DNA from: a virus
Taxonomy: Duplodnaviria; Caudoviricetes
Strand: one strand, 5' to 3'
Length of the DNA: 29,315 bases
Virus record (IMG/VR): IMGVR_UViG_3300043039_000142
Span: 1 to 29,315 of that record
In this document: positions 7,303-16,352 of the stretch, in pieces
Numbering within the stretch: the first letter of the stretch is position 1
Layout of the letters: every line of letters starts with the position of its first letter
Program-made: the position numbers and the translations under genes
Notes under the pieces: model-generated
Databases searched by the model: none
What the model saw: the letters and a program-made list of their open reading frames with translations, nothing else
Told to the model about the DNA's origin: nothing

Positions 7303-7655
7303 TAAATTTCTCCTCTTCTCTTAATTATTTTTGACCAATACAGAGAACCGGATGATGCTGATACAGAAATACCATTATCAAAACATGCATGTCTGCAACC
7401 ATCTATATCTGCAAATCCAACAAATATCTCTGGCTCAATTTCATCACCTTCACCTTTAGATAGACCATTGATTATAACCTTGTCTCCTGGAAACATATAT
7501 CCATTGTCTGTATAAATAGCATTCTCTGAAATGTAATATTCAAATAGCATATCTATAATCTTTCCTCTTCCTTCTTTTCTGTTTCTGCTTTCAGAAAGAA
7601 GTTTTAACTTACTTGATAATTTCTTATCAACTTTTATTGTTGTAATTTCGCTCAA
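7302..7655 (-). CDS. Putative DNA-binding protein with RHH-like N-terminus (TTG start)
   Basis: AAGGA RBS before TTG; TTIKVDKKLSSKLKLL...GKIIDMLFEYY. Confidence 0.6.
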   Translation of the reverse strand: MSEITTIKVDKKLSSKLKLLSESRNRKEGRGKIIDMLFEYYISENAIYTDNGYMFPGDKVIINGLSKGEGDEIEPEIFVGFADIDGCRHACFDNGISVSASSGSLYWSKIIKRRGEI

Positions 7656-7865
7656 TTTAAATCCTTATTTTTTATATTATAAGTATACAATAGGTATACT
7701 TTATATATACTTAAGTGAGGAGGGAAAAATAAGAAAGTACCATAAAATGGGAACTCATATAGATGGCTTCCCTCTGGAGGGAAAGATTTTTGAGATTTTA
7801 TACGTATTCCCTCCAGTTAGTTTATTATACTATATAGAGGGGAGTCGTGTGACAAACACCACTTT

Positions 7866-8121
7866 TCGATTTGGTAAATAATTATGTCTTATCGATTTGG
7901 CAAAACTCGAACGAAGTGAGAGGTTTTGCAAATCGTGTATGCTATATTATTTATAACGCAAATCGAGTATCAATCTGAAAGATAAAAAAATAATTACTTG
8001 TCTACTTACTGTAGGGTTCTTCCGAATTAGTTGCTGAATCTATTTCTATATATACAAACGAATTTCCTCGCTACGCTCGCAAATCTCGTTTGATTAATAA
8101 ATATATATCAGGAATTCGGAA
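7866..8121. repeat. Two ~100-nt imperfect hairpins with a related 13-nt loop motif on opposite strands (possible origin or priming signals)
   Basis: Hairpin 7866-7966 has loop CGAACGAAGTGAG on the plus strand; hairpin 8020-8121 has loop CGAGCGTAGCGAG on the minus strand. Confidence 0.6.
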
Positions 8122-8156
8122 AGTTTATTTTTTTTATTTAATTATTAGTATGTATA

Positions 8157-8165
8157 TGGTATAAT
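8157..8165 (+). promoter_or_regulatory. Extended -10 promoter (TGGTATAAT)
   Basis: Matches TGnTATAAT, about 30 nt upstream of the 8194 start codon. Confidence 0.6.
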
Positions 8166-8193
8166 GTTAGTATAAATAAAAAAAGGAAGAACA

Positions 8194-8397
8194 ATGAGAA
8201 AAAAAATTGATGATGATGAAACATTACTAGAAGATATACTTATTGAAGAAGACACGCTTATAAAAATATCAGGCATGCCATTCTGGTTAAAGTCTGGAAC
8301 AATAATAGAAGGTGTTAAATCTAATTTTGATTTAATTAAAGACAACAAATTATTAAAGGAGATTAATCATGGAATTGTTTTACCAGTTGGATATTGA
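8194..8397 (+). CDS. Hypothetical protein (67 aa)
   Basis: AAGGA RBS; ORF track. Confidence 0.65.
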   Translation: MRKKIDDDETLLEDILIEEDTLIKISGMPFWLKSGTIIEGVKSNFDLIKDNKLLKEINHGIVLPVGY

Positions 8398-8605
8398 TAA
8401 ACAAATAGTATTGGTTTTTGGATTGTTATACTACGGATTTATTGCAATTAATTTTATAGTTCTTGTAGTCCTGTTCTGTAGCTATAAAGATTTCAGAGAA
8501 TATTTAAATGGCGAGAGTATCATAAATATTATATTTGCAGCAATGGTATTCTGTGGAATGAGTTTCATAATATATTTTATATTTTACAAAAAAGGAAAAA
8601 AATGA
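8369..8605 (+). CDS. Small membrane protein (2 predicted TM segments)
   Basis: AAGGAG RBS; two hydrophobic stretches. Confidence 0.7.
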   Translation: MELFYQLDIDKQIVLVFGLLYYGFIAINFIVLVVLFCSYKDFREYLNGESIINIIFAAMVFCGMSFIIYFIFYKKGKK

Positions 8606-8865
8606 CTAAAGCTATATTAACATTTGACAATGGATACAGTATAGAACTAAATGAATTCCAAGACATCAGAGGATTAAGACAAGATGGTCAAATACCAACA
8701 AAGCTTGAAGTTTTCTCAGATGAATATAACAAAATATCTGATTTTGATGACACCGCCTATTCAAAACAATTACTAAAGTGGATGTTCTTGCCACTGCATA
8801 TTTCTTTGCATCCCACGAAAAGAGAAAGTTACTTTAATGGTACATCATTTAAAGACAGCATGTAA
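8602..8865 (+). CDS. Hypothetical protein (87 aa)
   Basis: ATGA overlap with the upstream gene; AAGGA RBS. Confidence 0.6.
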   Translation: MTKAILTFDNGYSIELNEFQDIRGLRQDGQIPTKLEVFSDEYNKISDFDDTAYSKQLLKWMFLPLHISLHPTKRESYFNGTSFKDSM

Positions 8866-8896
8866 TTAACAATACCAACTAAATACTAAACACAAA

Positions 8897-8913
8897 GCTA
8901 GGCTCCGCCTAGC
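8897..8913 (+). promoter_or_regulatory. Hairpin resembling an N4 virion-RNAP promoter
   Basis: GCTAGGC-TCC-GCCTAGC: 7-bp stem, 3-nt loop; the template strand reads C-GGA-G as in N4 early promoters. Confidence 0.45.
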
Positions 8914-9000
8914 AACCTAACAGATTGAGCAATACAAATAAGTATGCATCAAGTATCTATTTGATACAATAAAAATCAAAATAAATCACAAGGAAAGAAG

Positions 9001-9264
9001 ATGAAAGACAACAAGAAACTTATAATGGATATAGTATCTAAGTTTGATACAAACTATTACATAAAAAACCAAAAACGAGAAAAGATGATCCAAGATGTTG
9101 AGGATCTAGTGAACAACACTGTTGCTGAATACAAGTCTGAGATAGGATCTAAACAAATTGATATAAGCAATCTCAACCAACAACTGTTTGAAGCTAAATA
9201 TAAAATAGCTGAATATAAAAATGAGTCACTTTGGGACTTCATCGTGAGATCATTTAAGTCATAG
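9001..9264 (+). CDS. Hypothetical coiled-coil protein (87 aa)
   Basis: AAGGA RBS; ORF track. Confidence 0.7.
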   Translation: MKDNKKLIMDIVSKFDTNYYIKNQKREKMIQDVEDLVNNTVAEYKSEIGSKQIDISNLNQQLFEAKYKIAEYKNESLWDFIVRSFKS

Positions 9265-9894
9265 ACAAGTGTAGAGCCACAAGTGAATAAGTATACTAAC
9301 TAAATACACAGAACTCACAACTGTGGCTCTTCAATAACCAGATAGGCATCTACTCAAGCACGCAAAGCAAAATCATTACATTTCACAAGCCACTTTTAGC
9401 CTACAAACAACTTTAGCCAAAACCTAATACAATCTATCACATACACAATCTTTATCAATCCTCGTGCAATTAAAAGACAATGCATACATAATATGTTATA
9501 TAACATATTGCACACAACTACATTCAATTTATATCATTAAACACTGTATCATTCAATTAGTTCTAGGTAAACTTAAAGTTAGCTTAAAGCTTTATAGGGA
9601 AAAAGTTATTTTTTTTGGAGAAGGTGTAGTAAACTGCTTAAACAGCCACAAAACAAAGACCACCCCCGTACCTGTTCCTGTCAATAGGGTACCTTAATTT
9701 TAAACAAAGACCTTCTTGTCCTCACATTCTCTTATCATACATTACTTTCTATCTATTGCGCCAACACTCATGCTCATCCATACATCTAATTCAATGGTAT
9801 GGATATATCAATGCTAAAAGTATTTGACAATCCAAATGTTACTGTTGCTCAGACATGAGCCAATCTATTCGGACAATATCTATAAGGAGATACT

Positions 9895-10236
9895 ATGTCA
9901 ATCAATAAAACTAATTTCTTCACAACAACTGAAGGTGTATATGTTAACTATAAAGGTGTGTTACCAGAGCCTAATACTACATTGGTGTTAGCTATTTCAA
10001 TGGAACAAAAAGATGAGGCTAGATTAGGTAAGCCTAGACTATTCGAAGATGTTAATCCAGAGAATCCTAAGAAGATACTACTATCTAATGGAGATTACTT
10101 TACTTACTTAACATTCGAACAAACTAAAGACTTAGAGTTCATCGATGGTAAGTATCTTGTGGTACATCCTGAAATTGTTCCAACATTATCTATGTTAAAG
10201 AACAAACCTAAAGGTAAGTTAGAGGAGGAGTTCTAA
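9895..10236 (+). CDS. Early hypothetical protein (113 aa)
   Basis: Strong TAAGGAG RBS; first ORF after the long non-coding stretch. Confidence 0.8.
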   Translation: MSINKTNFFTTTEGVYVNYKGVLPEPNTTLVLAISMEQKDEARLGKPRLFEDVNPENPKKILLSNGDYFTYLTFEQTKDLEFIDGKYLVVHPEIVPTLSMLKNKPKGKLEEEF

Positions 10237-10309
10237 GGCTCTTCTATAGTCAATAAAGCATACGGCAAGTACAATAGTACAACCAACTTAAATTCCAATA
10301 AGGGCAATT

Positions 10310-10600
10310 ATGGATTACGCAATTTTATTAATAGTTACAGCAGGTTTATTTTACTTTAAAGGTTCTATAAAATCATCAGCAAACTTACTCAACTCAATTA
10401 TTACAACGGCATCAGATGTTAGTGAAGACTCACTAAATGTATACGCTCAAGACATATTAACTCAGAACTCTAAACAAAGAGGATTAGTTCGTAAGAAAAT
10501 TGAGAAGTATTCAGAAGAAGGTTCATTTGCAACAAGAAGTGAAATAGACAAACTATTAAATGGTATGCTTGATAAAGACAAGTCAGAACAAGAAGAATAA
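10310..10600 (+). CDS. Membrane-anchored early protein, paralog A
   Basis: N-terminal hydrophobic helix; aligns by eye with 12328-12642. Confidence 0.8.
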   Translation: MDYAILLIVTAGLFYFKGSIKSSANLLNSIITTASDVSEDSLNVYAQDILTQNSKQRGLVRKKIEKYSEEGSFATRSEIDKLLNGMLDKDKSEQEE

Positions 10601-10626
10601 GAGCTTCGGCTCTTGTTCTATTTTTT
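10594..10626 (+). terminator. Intrinsic terminator with UUCG loop
   Basis: AGAATAAGAGC-TTCG-GCTCTTGTTCT followed by ATTTTTT. Confidence 0.75.
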
Positions 10627-10638
10627 AAAGGATTTAGT

Positions 10639-10869
10639 ATGTCACCAGAAGACAGAGCAAGAATAAACAAAAAGCTTCAGTCAGACATGAATGAGATGAA
10701 AAAATCTCTTTATTACATTCAGTTATATAAGCATGCTGAATCAGAAGCTGAAAGATTATTCAGAGAAAACAAACAGCAAAAGGCTAGAATTCAAGAACTA
10801 GAGGAAACTCTATTTAGAATTCAAAACAGATATCCATCAGCAGTAAGAGAGTGTATTTATGGAAAATGA
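10639..10869 (+). CDS. Hypothetical coiled-coil protein (76 aa)
   Basis: AAGGA RBS; ORF track. Confidence 0.75.
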   Translation: MSPEDRARINKKLQSDMNEMKKSLYYIQLYKHAESEAERLFRENKQQKARIQELEETLFRIQNRYPSAVRECIYGK

Positions 10870-11001
10870 AGAAAAGCATTATGATTTGGATGAGTGTATG
10901 GACTCAGCATACAACTCAGCAAAATGGGTTACGATTTCAATGGCAGTAGCACTTGGTGCTATAATATATTATACAGTTAATTGTATTTAAAAGGATAAAT
11001 T

Positions 11002-11673
11002 ATGAAAATTATAGCTAGAGATGAATTAGGACATGAGTTTGCAAAGACTGTTGAGATTATTGACAACGAAAATGGAACAATAGTTTCACTAGGATTTCCT
11101 TGTCAATGGTATTTCAAAGACATTAAACATGAACCAAGAGATGGTTCAGACAAAATGTACATTGATGCAGGAGGAAGAAACCACAGAGGAAGTCCAGTTT
11201 ATGTAAGCCATTCAGAACTTATGTCAATCGTTAAGAAACTAACTTGTCCTTGCACATCATGCCAAGCTGAAGAAGAACCAACTTACCAATCTCCAACTGA
11301 ATCAATCCAAGAGGCTAAATATACTCTTGAAGACATTGAAGAAGAGGAGATGTCAGAAGATGAGTTCTATAAAAGACTTGAAAGAATGCTTGTATATGGT
11401 TCAAATGTAAATGCTGAAGAGTTATTTGGCAAACCTACAGATGAAGAGCCACAAGTTATAATGTTGTGTCAACTTCCATGCGGTTCTGGTGTTATGGTTT
11501 TACAGAAACAAGCATACGATGCAAAGCTAAGACAATTAGCTAGTAACAATATCATGGAAGAGTTCATTAAAGGTATCACTGTATCTCCAAATGTTGTTCA
11601 TGCAATTGATGCAGAAATACTAACAGACTTTGATGAATTACTAAACAAATTAGGAATAAAATTCTTTAAATAA
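11002..11673 (+). CDS. Hypothetical acidic protein (223 aa)
   Basis: AAGGA RBS; CPCTSC motif and acidic linker. Confidence 0.8.
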   Translation: MKIIARDELGHEFAKTVEIIDNENGTIVSLGFPCQWYFKDIKHEPRDGSDKMYIDAGGRNHRGSPVYVSHSELMSIVKKLTCPCTSCQAEEEPTYQSPTESIQEAKYTLEDIEEEEMSEDEFYKRLERMLVYGSNVNAEELFGKPTDEEPQVIMLCQLPCGSGVMVLQKQAYDAKLRQLASNNIMEEFIKGITVSPNVVHAIDAEILTDFDELLNKLGIKFFK

Positions 11674-11684
11674 GGGAGCCAGTT

Positions 11685-11936
11685 ATGGAATATAATTTAG
11701 AATATTACGGATATCCATCGTTTGAAAGTATACTTGAGCAAGAAAAAGCTAAAGTTACAGAGCATACAACTATTAGAGAAGTAGCACAAGAAGTTGTTGA
11801 CTATTATTTAAATCAATACAATGTTTTAGTATACATAGACATTGCCAAAGGCAATAGCATAAATGACTCAGAATATAAACTAACAAAGTTTATTGATATT
11901 CACAATGCAAACTCAATAGATTGCTATTGGAAATAA
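11685..11936 (+). CDS. Hypothetical protein (83 aa)
   Basis: GGAG RBS; ORF track. Confidence 0.7.
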   Translation: MEYNLEYYGYPSFESILEQEKAKVTEHTTIREVAQEVVDYYLNQYNVLVYIDIAKGNSINDSEYKLTKFIDIHNANSIDCYWK

Positions 11937-11999
11937 GTAGCAAAACAACAGCAACAAATAAGAGCTAGTCATTAATTTGGCTAGTTCAACCAGTTTTGC

Positions 12000-12129
12000 T
12001 TCTACACAATACTTCAGGCTCTTTTGAGCTTGTTGTTTCTTTTTTTCTTCTACACATAAGATAGAACGGTCAGGTAAACATCCGAGCTTCTACCTCTTCC
12101 GTTCGAACTTCTACACAATCCGATAGAAC
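12000..12129 (+). repeat. Degenerate 20-21-bp repeats TTCTAC-N10/11-GAAC
   Basis: Copies at 12048-12067, 12088-12108 and 12109-12129; partial copy TTCTACACAAT at 12000. Confidence 0.65.
12015..12046 (+). terminator. Intrinsic terminator
   Basis: CAGGCTC-TTTT-GAGCTTG followed by a long T-rich tract. Confidence 0.65.
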
Positions 12130-12327
12130 TTCCATACTCAACCAAACTTTGTATTTCAATGTAATGGTAAATTTAAGTTCAGAGGTTCATGAATCATCAA
12201 TTATAAGTAGAATGGTTCATTTCAATCAGTAAATAGGTAAATAATCAATCGGTTACATTTAAAGTTTCAGATAGAAAGAGAGCCTATTATGGACAAATCC
12301 AGTCCAATTACTTAAAAGGAGTAATGT

Positions 12328-12642
12328 ATGGAATTATTAGTAGCAGCAATTGGTTTATTAGTGGTGTTTTGGTTTAAAGATAGTATCAAATCACTAGCAA
12401 ATCTAGTAAACAACGCAATCAGAGGTTCAGCAGAGGCAACAGAAGACACTTTAGAGGTTTATGTATCAGCTGTTAAAGTGGATAATGGTAAAAAACGAGG
12501 TCATATAGTGAAAGATATCAACAAAGCAGTGGATAATAATACATTCGCCACTCAAAAAGAAATAGAAGCTCTTCTCCGTAAAGAAAATCTAACTTCAACT
12601 TCAGTTCAAGATGAAACAGAATCTTCAACCCAACAAGACTAG
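12328..12642 (+). CDS. Membrane-anchored early protein, paralog B
   Basis: AAGGAG RBS; N-terminal TM helix; FK.SIKS.ANL.N, N.K.RG and FAT..EI..LL shared with 10310-10600. Confidence 0.8.
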   Translation: MELLVAAIGLLVVFWFKDSIKSLANLVNNAIRGSAEATEDTLEVYVSAVKVDNGKKRGHIVKDINKAVDNNTFATQKEIEALLRKENLTSTSVQDETESSTQQD

Positions 12643-12876
12643 CTAGTTTTCCACATGGAATTCTAGTTGGAAAAATTAACTTCCAAGGATAGAAAATGTA
12701 AGATTTAGAGCAAGAAGATAAAATCATTAATTCAGCATGTTCCATTTATATAGAAAATGAGTTATCTGATGAATTTTGGGAATCAATAAATGATCTTCCA
12801 AATCAAAAAGAAGTATTGTTGGCATTAGATTCAGCATTTCATGCAGGAGCTAAAGTTCAAAAAGAACTAAACCAAA

Positions 12877-13062
12877 GTGAAAACCTATAATGAGGAGATG
12901 GAGATGGAATATTTATTAGTATTTATGTTATATAGAACAGGAGTTACACAAATTCCAGTTACAAATTTAGAGGCTTGCAATAAAATTGGCAACAAGCTTC
13001 TAAAAGATTCACGATATATATCGAAATATCAATCATATACTTGTGTAAGGCTAAAGGAGTAA
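12877..13062 (+). CDS. Small hypothetical protein (true start probably a later ATG)
   Basis: GAGGAG and GGAG RBSs precede internal ATGs at 12898 and 12904. Confidence 0.6.
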   Translation: MKTYNEEMEMEYLLVFMLYRTGVTQIPVTNLEACNKIGNKLLKDSRYISKYQSYTCVRLKE

Positions 13063-13122
13063 AATATGTTCCTTGAAATAGTAAATGAAGATAGTAAATG
13101 AAATAAAGCAAAAGGACTAAAC

Positions 13123-13482
13123 ATGGATAAATCAACATGGATAAGAGCTTTAGTAAATGGAGCCAAAGGTGTAGATATTCAAAAGCAAAGGTACATATAT
13201 TCATTTGATAGACATTCAAATATATTTCAGATGTATGATTCAGCACTTGACACGGATGAGGCTATAGATATAAATAGTGTAGAGATCCCAGAATTATCAA
13301 TTATAGGAGAAATGTTGCCAGTTGATGTATTAGAACATACAATAAAAACATGGTCAGAAACTAATTATCCAGATGCTCCAAATGAAAAAGGATATATGGA
13401 TAGTTTAAATAGATTATATCCAGGAAGATTTGATAAAGTCTTAGCTGAATATATAATAAACAAAACATTAAACAAAAAATAA
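13123..13482 (+). CDS. Hypothetical protein (119 aa)
   Basis: AAGGA RBS; ORF track. Confidence 0.75.
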   Translation: MDKSTWIRALVNGAKGVDIQKQRYIYSFDRHSNIFQMYDSALDTDEAIDINSVEIPELSIIGEMLPVDVLEHTIKTWSETNYPDAPNEKGYMDSLNRLYPGRFDKVLAEYIINKTLNKK

Positions 13483-13545
13483 AAACAACAACAGTAACAG
13501 TAACATTAACAACAAAACAAAAAATAAAATTAACAAGGAAAATTT

Positions 13546-14214
13546 ATGAACACTAACAATATAGAAACACGAGTAACAGGTACACCAATTGAGAAAACAA
13601 AACTTGAATTATTAATTGAGCAATTAGCTGAAAAGAAAGCCTTAAAAGCTGAAGAAATTAGAGTTAAAATTGAAGAGAAAAAGCTTGAGAGAGAAATTGA
13701 GAATCTTGACAATCCAATCTTTGAACAAAGAGCCATGGAAGAAGAAGATATGCTAACTCTAAATGCAATTATTTCATCATTTGAAGATTTAGGTGAAAAA
13801 GCAAAAGTCAGAAGAGTATTTGGTTTTGGTGTACAAGTTGATAAAATATTAACAATAGTTAAATCATTACATTATGCTCCAGGAAAAGATGATATTAGAA
13901 CAAATATGTATGCAAATGCTGGTATTTCAGAACAATTAGTTGAGGATATTGAAGATGCATTAGGTATGAGTGCATATTACAGCCCTAAACAAAATACGAT
14001 GATTGAAGAAGTTCCAGGGAATATTAATAAATTGATTTCTAATCTAAAATTAATAGCAAATGATTTACAACTACATAACCTTAAGTTAACAAAAGTTACT
14101 CAAGAAAATATCAATGCAATTAGAAAACGAGATTTACTTCAAGCAGAAGAATTGATGCAAAATACAATTGAAATGGCAGAAAAGCTTCAAGATAAAACTA
14201 CTTACCAAGAGTAA
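13546..14214 (+). CDS. Hypothetical helical protein (222 aa) upstream of the RNA polymerase
   Basis: AAGGA RBS; charged coiled-coil N-terminus. Confidence 0.8.
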   Translation: MNTNNIETRVTGTPIEKTKLELLIEQLAEKKALKAEEIRVKIEEKKLEREIENLDNPIFEQRAMEEEDMLTLNAIISSFEDLGEKAKVRRVFGFGVQVDKILTIVKSLHYAPGKDDIRTNMYANAGISEQLVEDIEDALGMSAYYSPKQNTMIEEVPGNINKLISNLKLIANDLQLHNLKLTKVTQENINAIRKRDLLQAEELMQNTIEMAEKLQDKTTYQE

Positions 14215-14311
14215 ACAAAATAAAAGCCTGATAGAAATATCGGGCTAACACATATGTTGTGGCGAGTAAAAGTCATTGTAAACAATCATAATTTATTATA
14301 GGGATAATCAT

Positions 14312-16342
14312 ATGAAACAAAGTTACAGAAGATCAAGAATCTTAGAGGGCAAACTAGATTTGCCAGAGCAAATTGTTGAATTAGTAGGTTCAAAATATAG
14401 AGAAGAAATGGATGCATTGTTCCAATCATTATGGATAAACTATGTCAAGAACAAAGGAAAACTATCAATTCCAGCATGGATGGATAGATTTAAATATCAA
14501 GAAATATTTAATGCGTTCACTATGCATTTGTCAAGAAGTGGATGGATTACAACCGTTGTTATTCCAGCAAGAAACTGGGGAGAATTATATCTAAATGAAG
14601 AAAAGTTATTACAGTTTGTTACGATTGATGAGCTTATTAAAGTAAGAGAAAGATATAAATTTCAACATTATAAATTAAACATGAATCCAGAAATAACTGG
14701 TTCAGATTTAACAAAAATAGGAAATAGAAAAAGATTTACTGGTATCAAAAGACCAGGATTCGCTCATGCAGCAAATAGCAAATTTAAATATGATATTCCA
14801 ATGCTTGAAAGATACAAAGATGTTATTGAATTAAATTTAACAAAATCAATGGATAAATTACATTTAAAATATGAATCATTTCATGACAATGTAGATTATT
14901 CATCAGTATCTAAGAATATCTTAGAATATCATACATATAATTCAGATGCAGAATTTACAACAGGTAAAAATATTAATGATTCAAGAGGTAGAGCAATTTC
15001 TGATTCATTAAGAAAAGTATTCAATCCAATAAGTAATAAAGATGCTAGAGCATTATTGATAACTCCAGGAATGAAGTTTAACGACTCTGGATTAGAAGCA
15101 GTTTATTTATTTATTGCAGAATTATTAGGTAAAAAAGCTAATACATTCAAAGAGAAAGCAAATGCTGGTAGAAGAGCATATTATAATAGAGAAATTCATG
15201 ATATGAAATATCTTGCAGAACTTAATGATAATATGACAGCTGAAGAAATTATTGAAGAGGAGAAGAGAGCAGAAGAAGCAAGAAAAGATTTACATGAAGA
15301 AATTTGGTTAGAAAGAATTTATGCAGAACTTGACGCATACAATGAATCTAAAACTATTAAAAATTCAATTCATACTAGAATTTTATATAGAAGAATCAAA
15401 AACAATAGAAACACAATTGCAGAGTATAGAGCCAGAGGAGGTGAATGGCATATATCTAGAATTCCAGGTCTTCAAGAATCAATTGATAATGCACTAAAAG
15501 ACCTTAAAGAACAAGTTATTTCTGAAGATTTCATGTGGACAGTTCCAATAGAACTTGATGCAACAGCTTCAATGTTACAAATAGAAGGTGCATTACTAAA
15601 TCACTTACCATTCCTTGACAGAACAAATTGTTGTGGAGAAATTCTTAAAGATATATGGACATTCCCAGGAATACCAAGAAATCAATTTAAGAAAGCAATG
15701 ACTCCAATATTATATGGTTCATCTAAACAATGTAATCATTTGTGGAAAAATGCTAAAATTAAATACACAAGAAAACAAGTTGTTGCATTTGAAAAGGAAG
15801 TAAGTATTGGAGAAATGGCAGTTGCTAATGAATTCCAAAAGTTTCTAATTAATGAATCAAATCCAGAAGTAAATATGACATTACATTCAATGGATGAATT
15901 CTATGAAGTAGAATGTAATAGATATACAAACGAAGGTGATTATCAAGTTAAATACATGGCATATGACACTGAATCAGATGGACCATTAACAATTTACCAT
16001 ACTCATACTAAACGAGTACCAGATTTACAACAGTTTAAAAGATTCTTTCCAACTGGATTAATTCATAATCTTGATTCACAAGTAGCCAATCAAGTATGTT
16101 TAGCATTATTATGGGTTATATCAATTCATGATGCATTCTTAGTTAATCCAATGGAAGCAAACAAAACAAGAGCTGAATATTGTAAAATGATTAATAAAAT
16201 CTATGCAAGAAGAGAAGAAATTCTTATGAATTATTTCAAATCAATTGGAATAGATTCAAGTTCAGCAACAGCATGGAAAAGAGTTACAGATAAAGTAATT
16301 CCAGCAGATGGATTTGTATGCCAACCATCAGCCTTAAAGTAA
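14312..16342 (+). CDS. Single-subunit (T7/N4 RNAPII-family) DNA-dependent RNA polymerase
   Basis: DSRGR (DxxGR), motif A PIELDATASMLQI, motif B RNQFKKAMTPILYG, LIHNLDS, motif C SIHDAF. Confidence 0.92.
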   Translation: MKQSYRRSRILEGKLDLPEQIVELVGSKYREEMDALFQSLWINYVKNKGKLSIPAWMDRFKYQEIFNAFTMHLSRSGWITTVVIPARNWGELYLNEEKLLQFVTIDELIKVRERYKFQHYKLNMNPEITGSDLTKIGNRKRFTGIKRPGFAHAANSKFKYDIPMLERYKDVIELNLTKSMDKLHLKYESFHDNVDYSSVSKNILEYHTYNSDAEFTTGKNINDSRGRAISDSLRKVFNPISNKDARALLITPGMKFNDSGLEAVYLFIAELLGKKANTFKEKANAGRRAYYNREIHDMKYLAELNDNMTAEEIIEEEKRAEEARKDLHEEIWLERIYAELDAYNESKTIKNSIHTRILYRRIKNNRNTIAEYRARGGEWHISRIPGLQESIDNALKDLKEQVISEDFMWTVPIELDATASMLQIEGALLNHLPFLDRTNCCGEILKDIWTFPGIPRNQFKKAMTPILYGSSKQCNHLWKNAKIKYTRKQVVAFEKEVSIGEMAVANEFQKFLINESNPEVNMTLHSMDEFYEVECNRYTNEGDYQVKYMAYDTESDGPLTIYHTHTKRVPDLQQFKRFFPTGLIHNLDSQVANQVCLALLWVISIHDAFLVNPMEANKTRAEYCKMINKIYARREEILMNYFKSIGIDSSSATAWKRVTDKVIPADGFVCQPSALK

Positions 16343-16352
16343 GGAAATTAAT

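Noticed and set aside
9464-9697. Tracked 77-aa ORF
   Set aside because: GTG start without an RBS, inside the probable terminal non-coding region.
12000-12150. Mini CRISPR array
   Set aside because: Repeats are short, degenerate and partly tandem without spacers; no cas genes.
13480-13535. ACAACAGTAACAGTAACATTAAC low-complexity repeat
   Set aside because: Short A/C-rich unstructured leader before an RBS; nothing further supports a distinct function.
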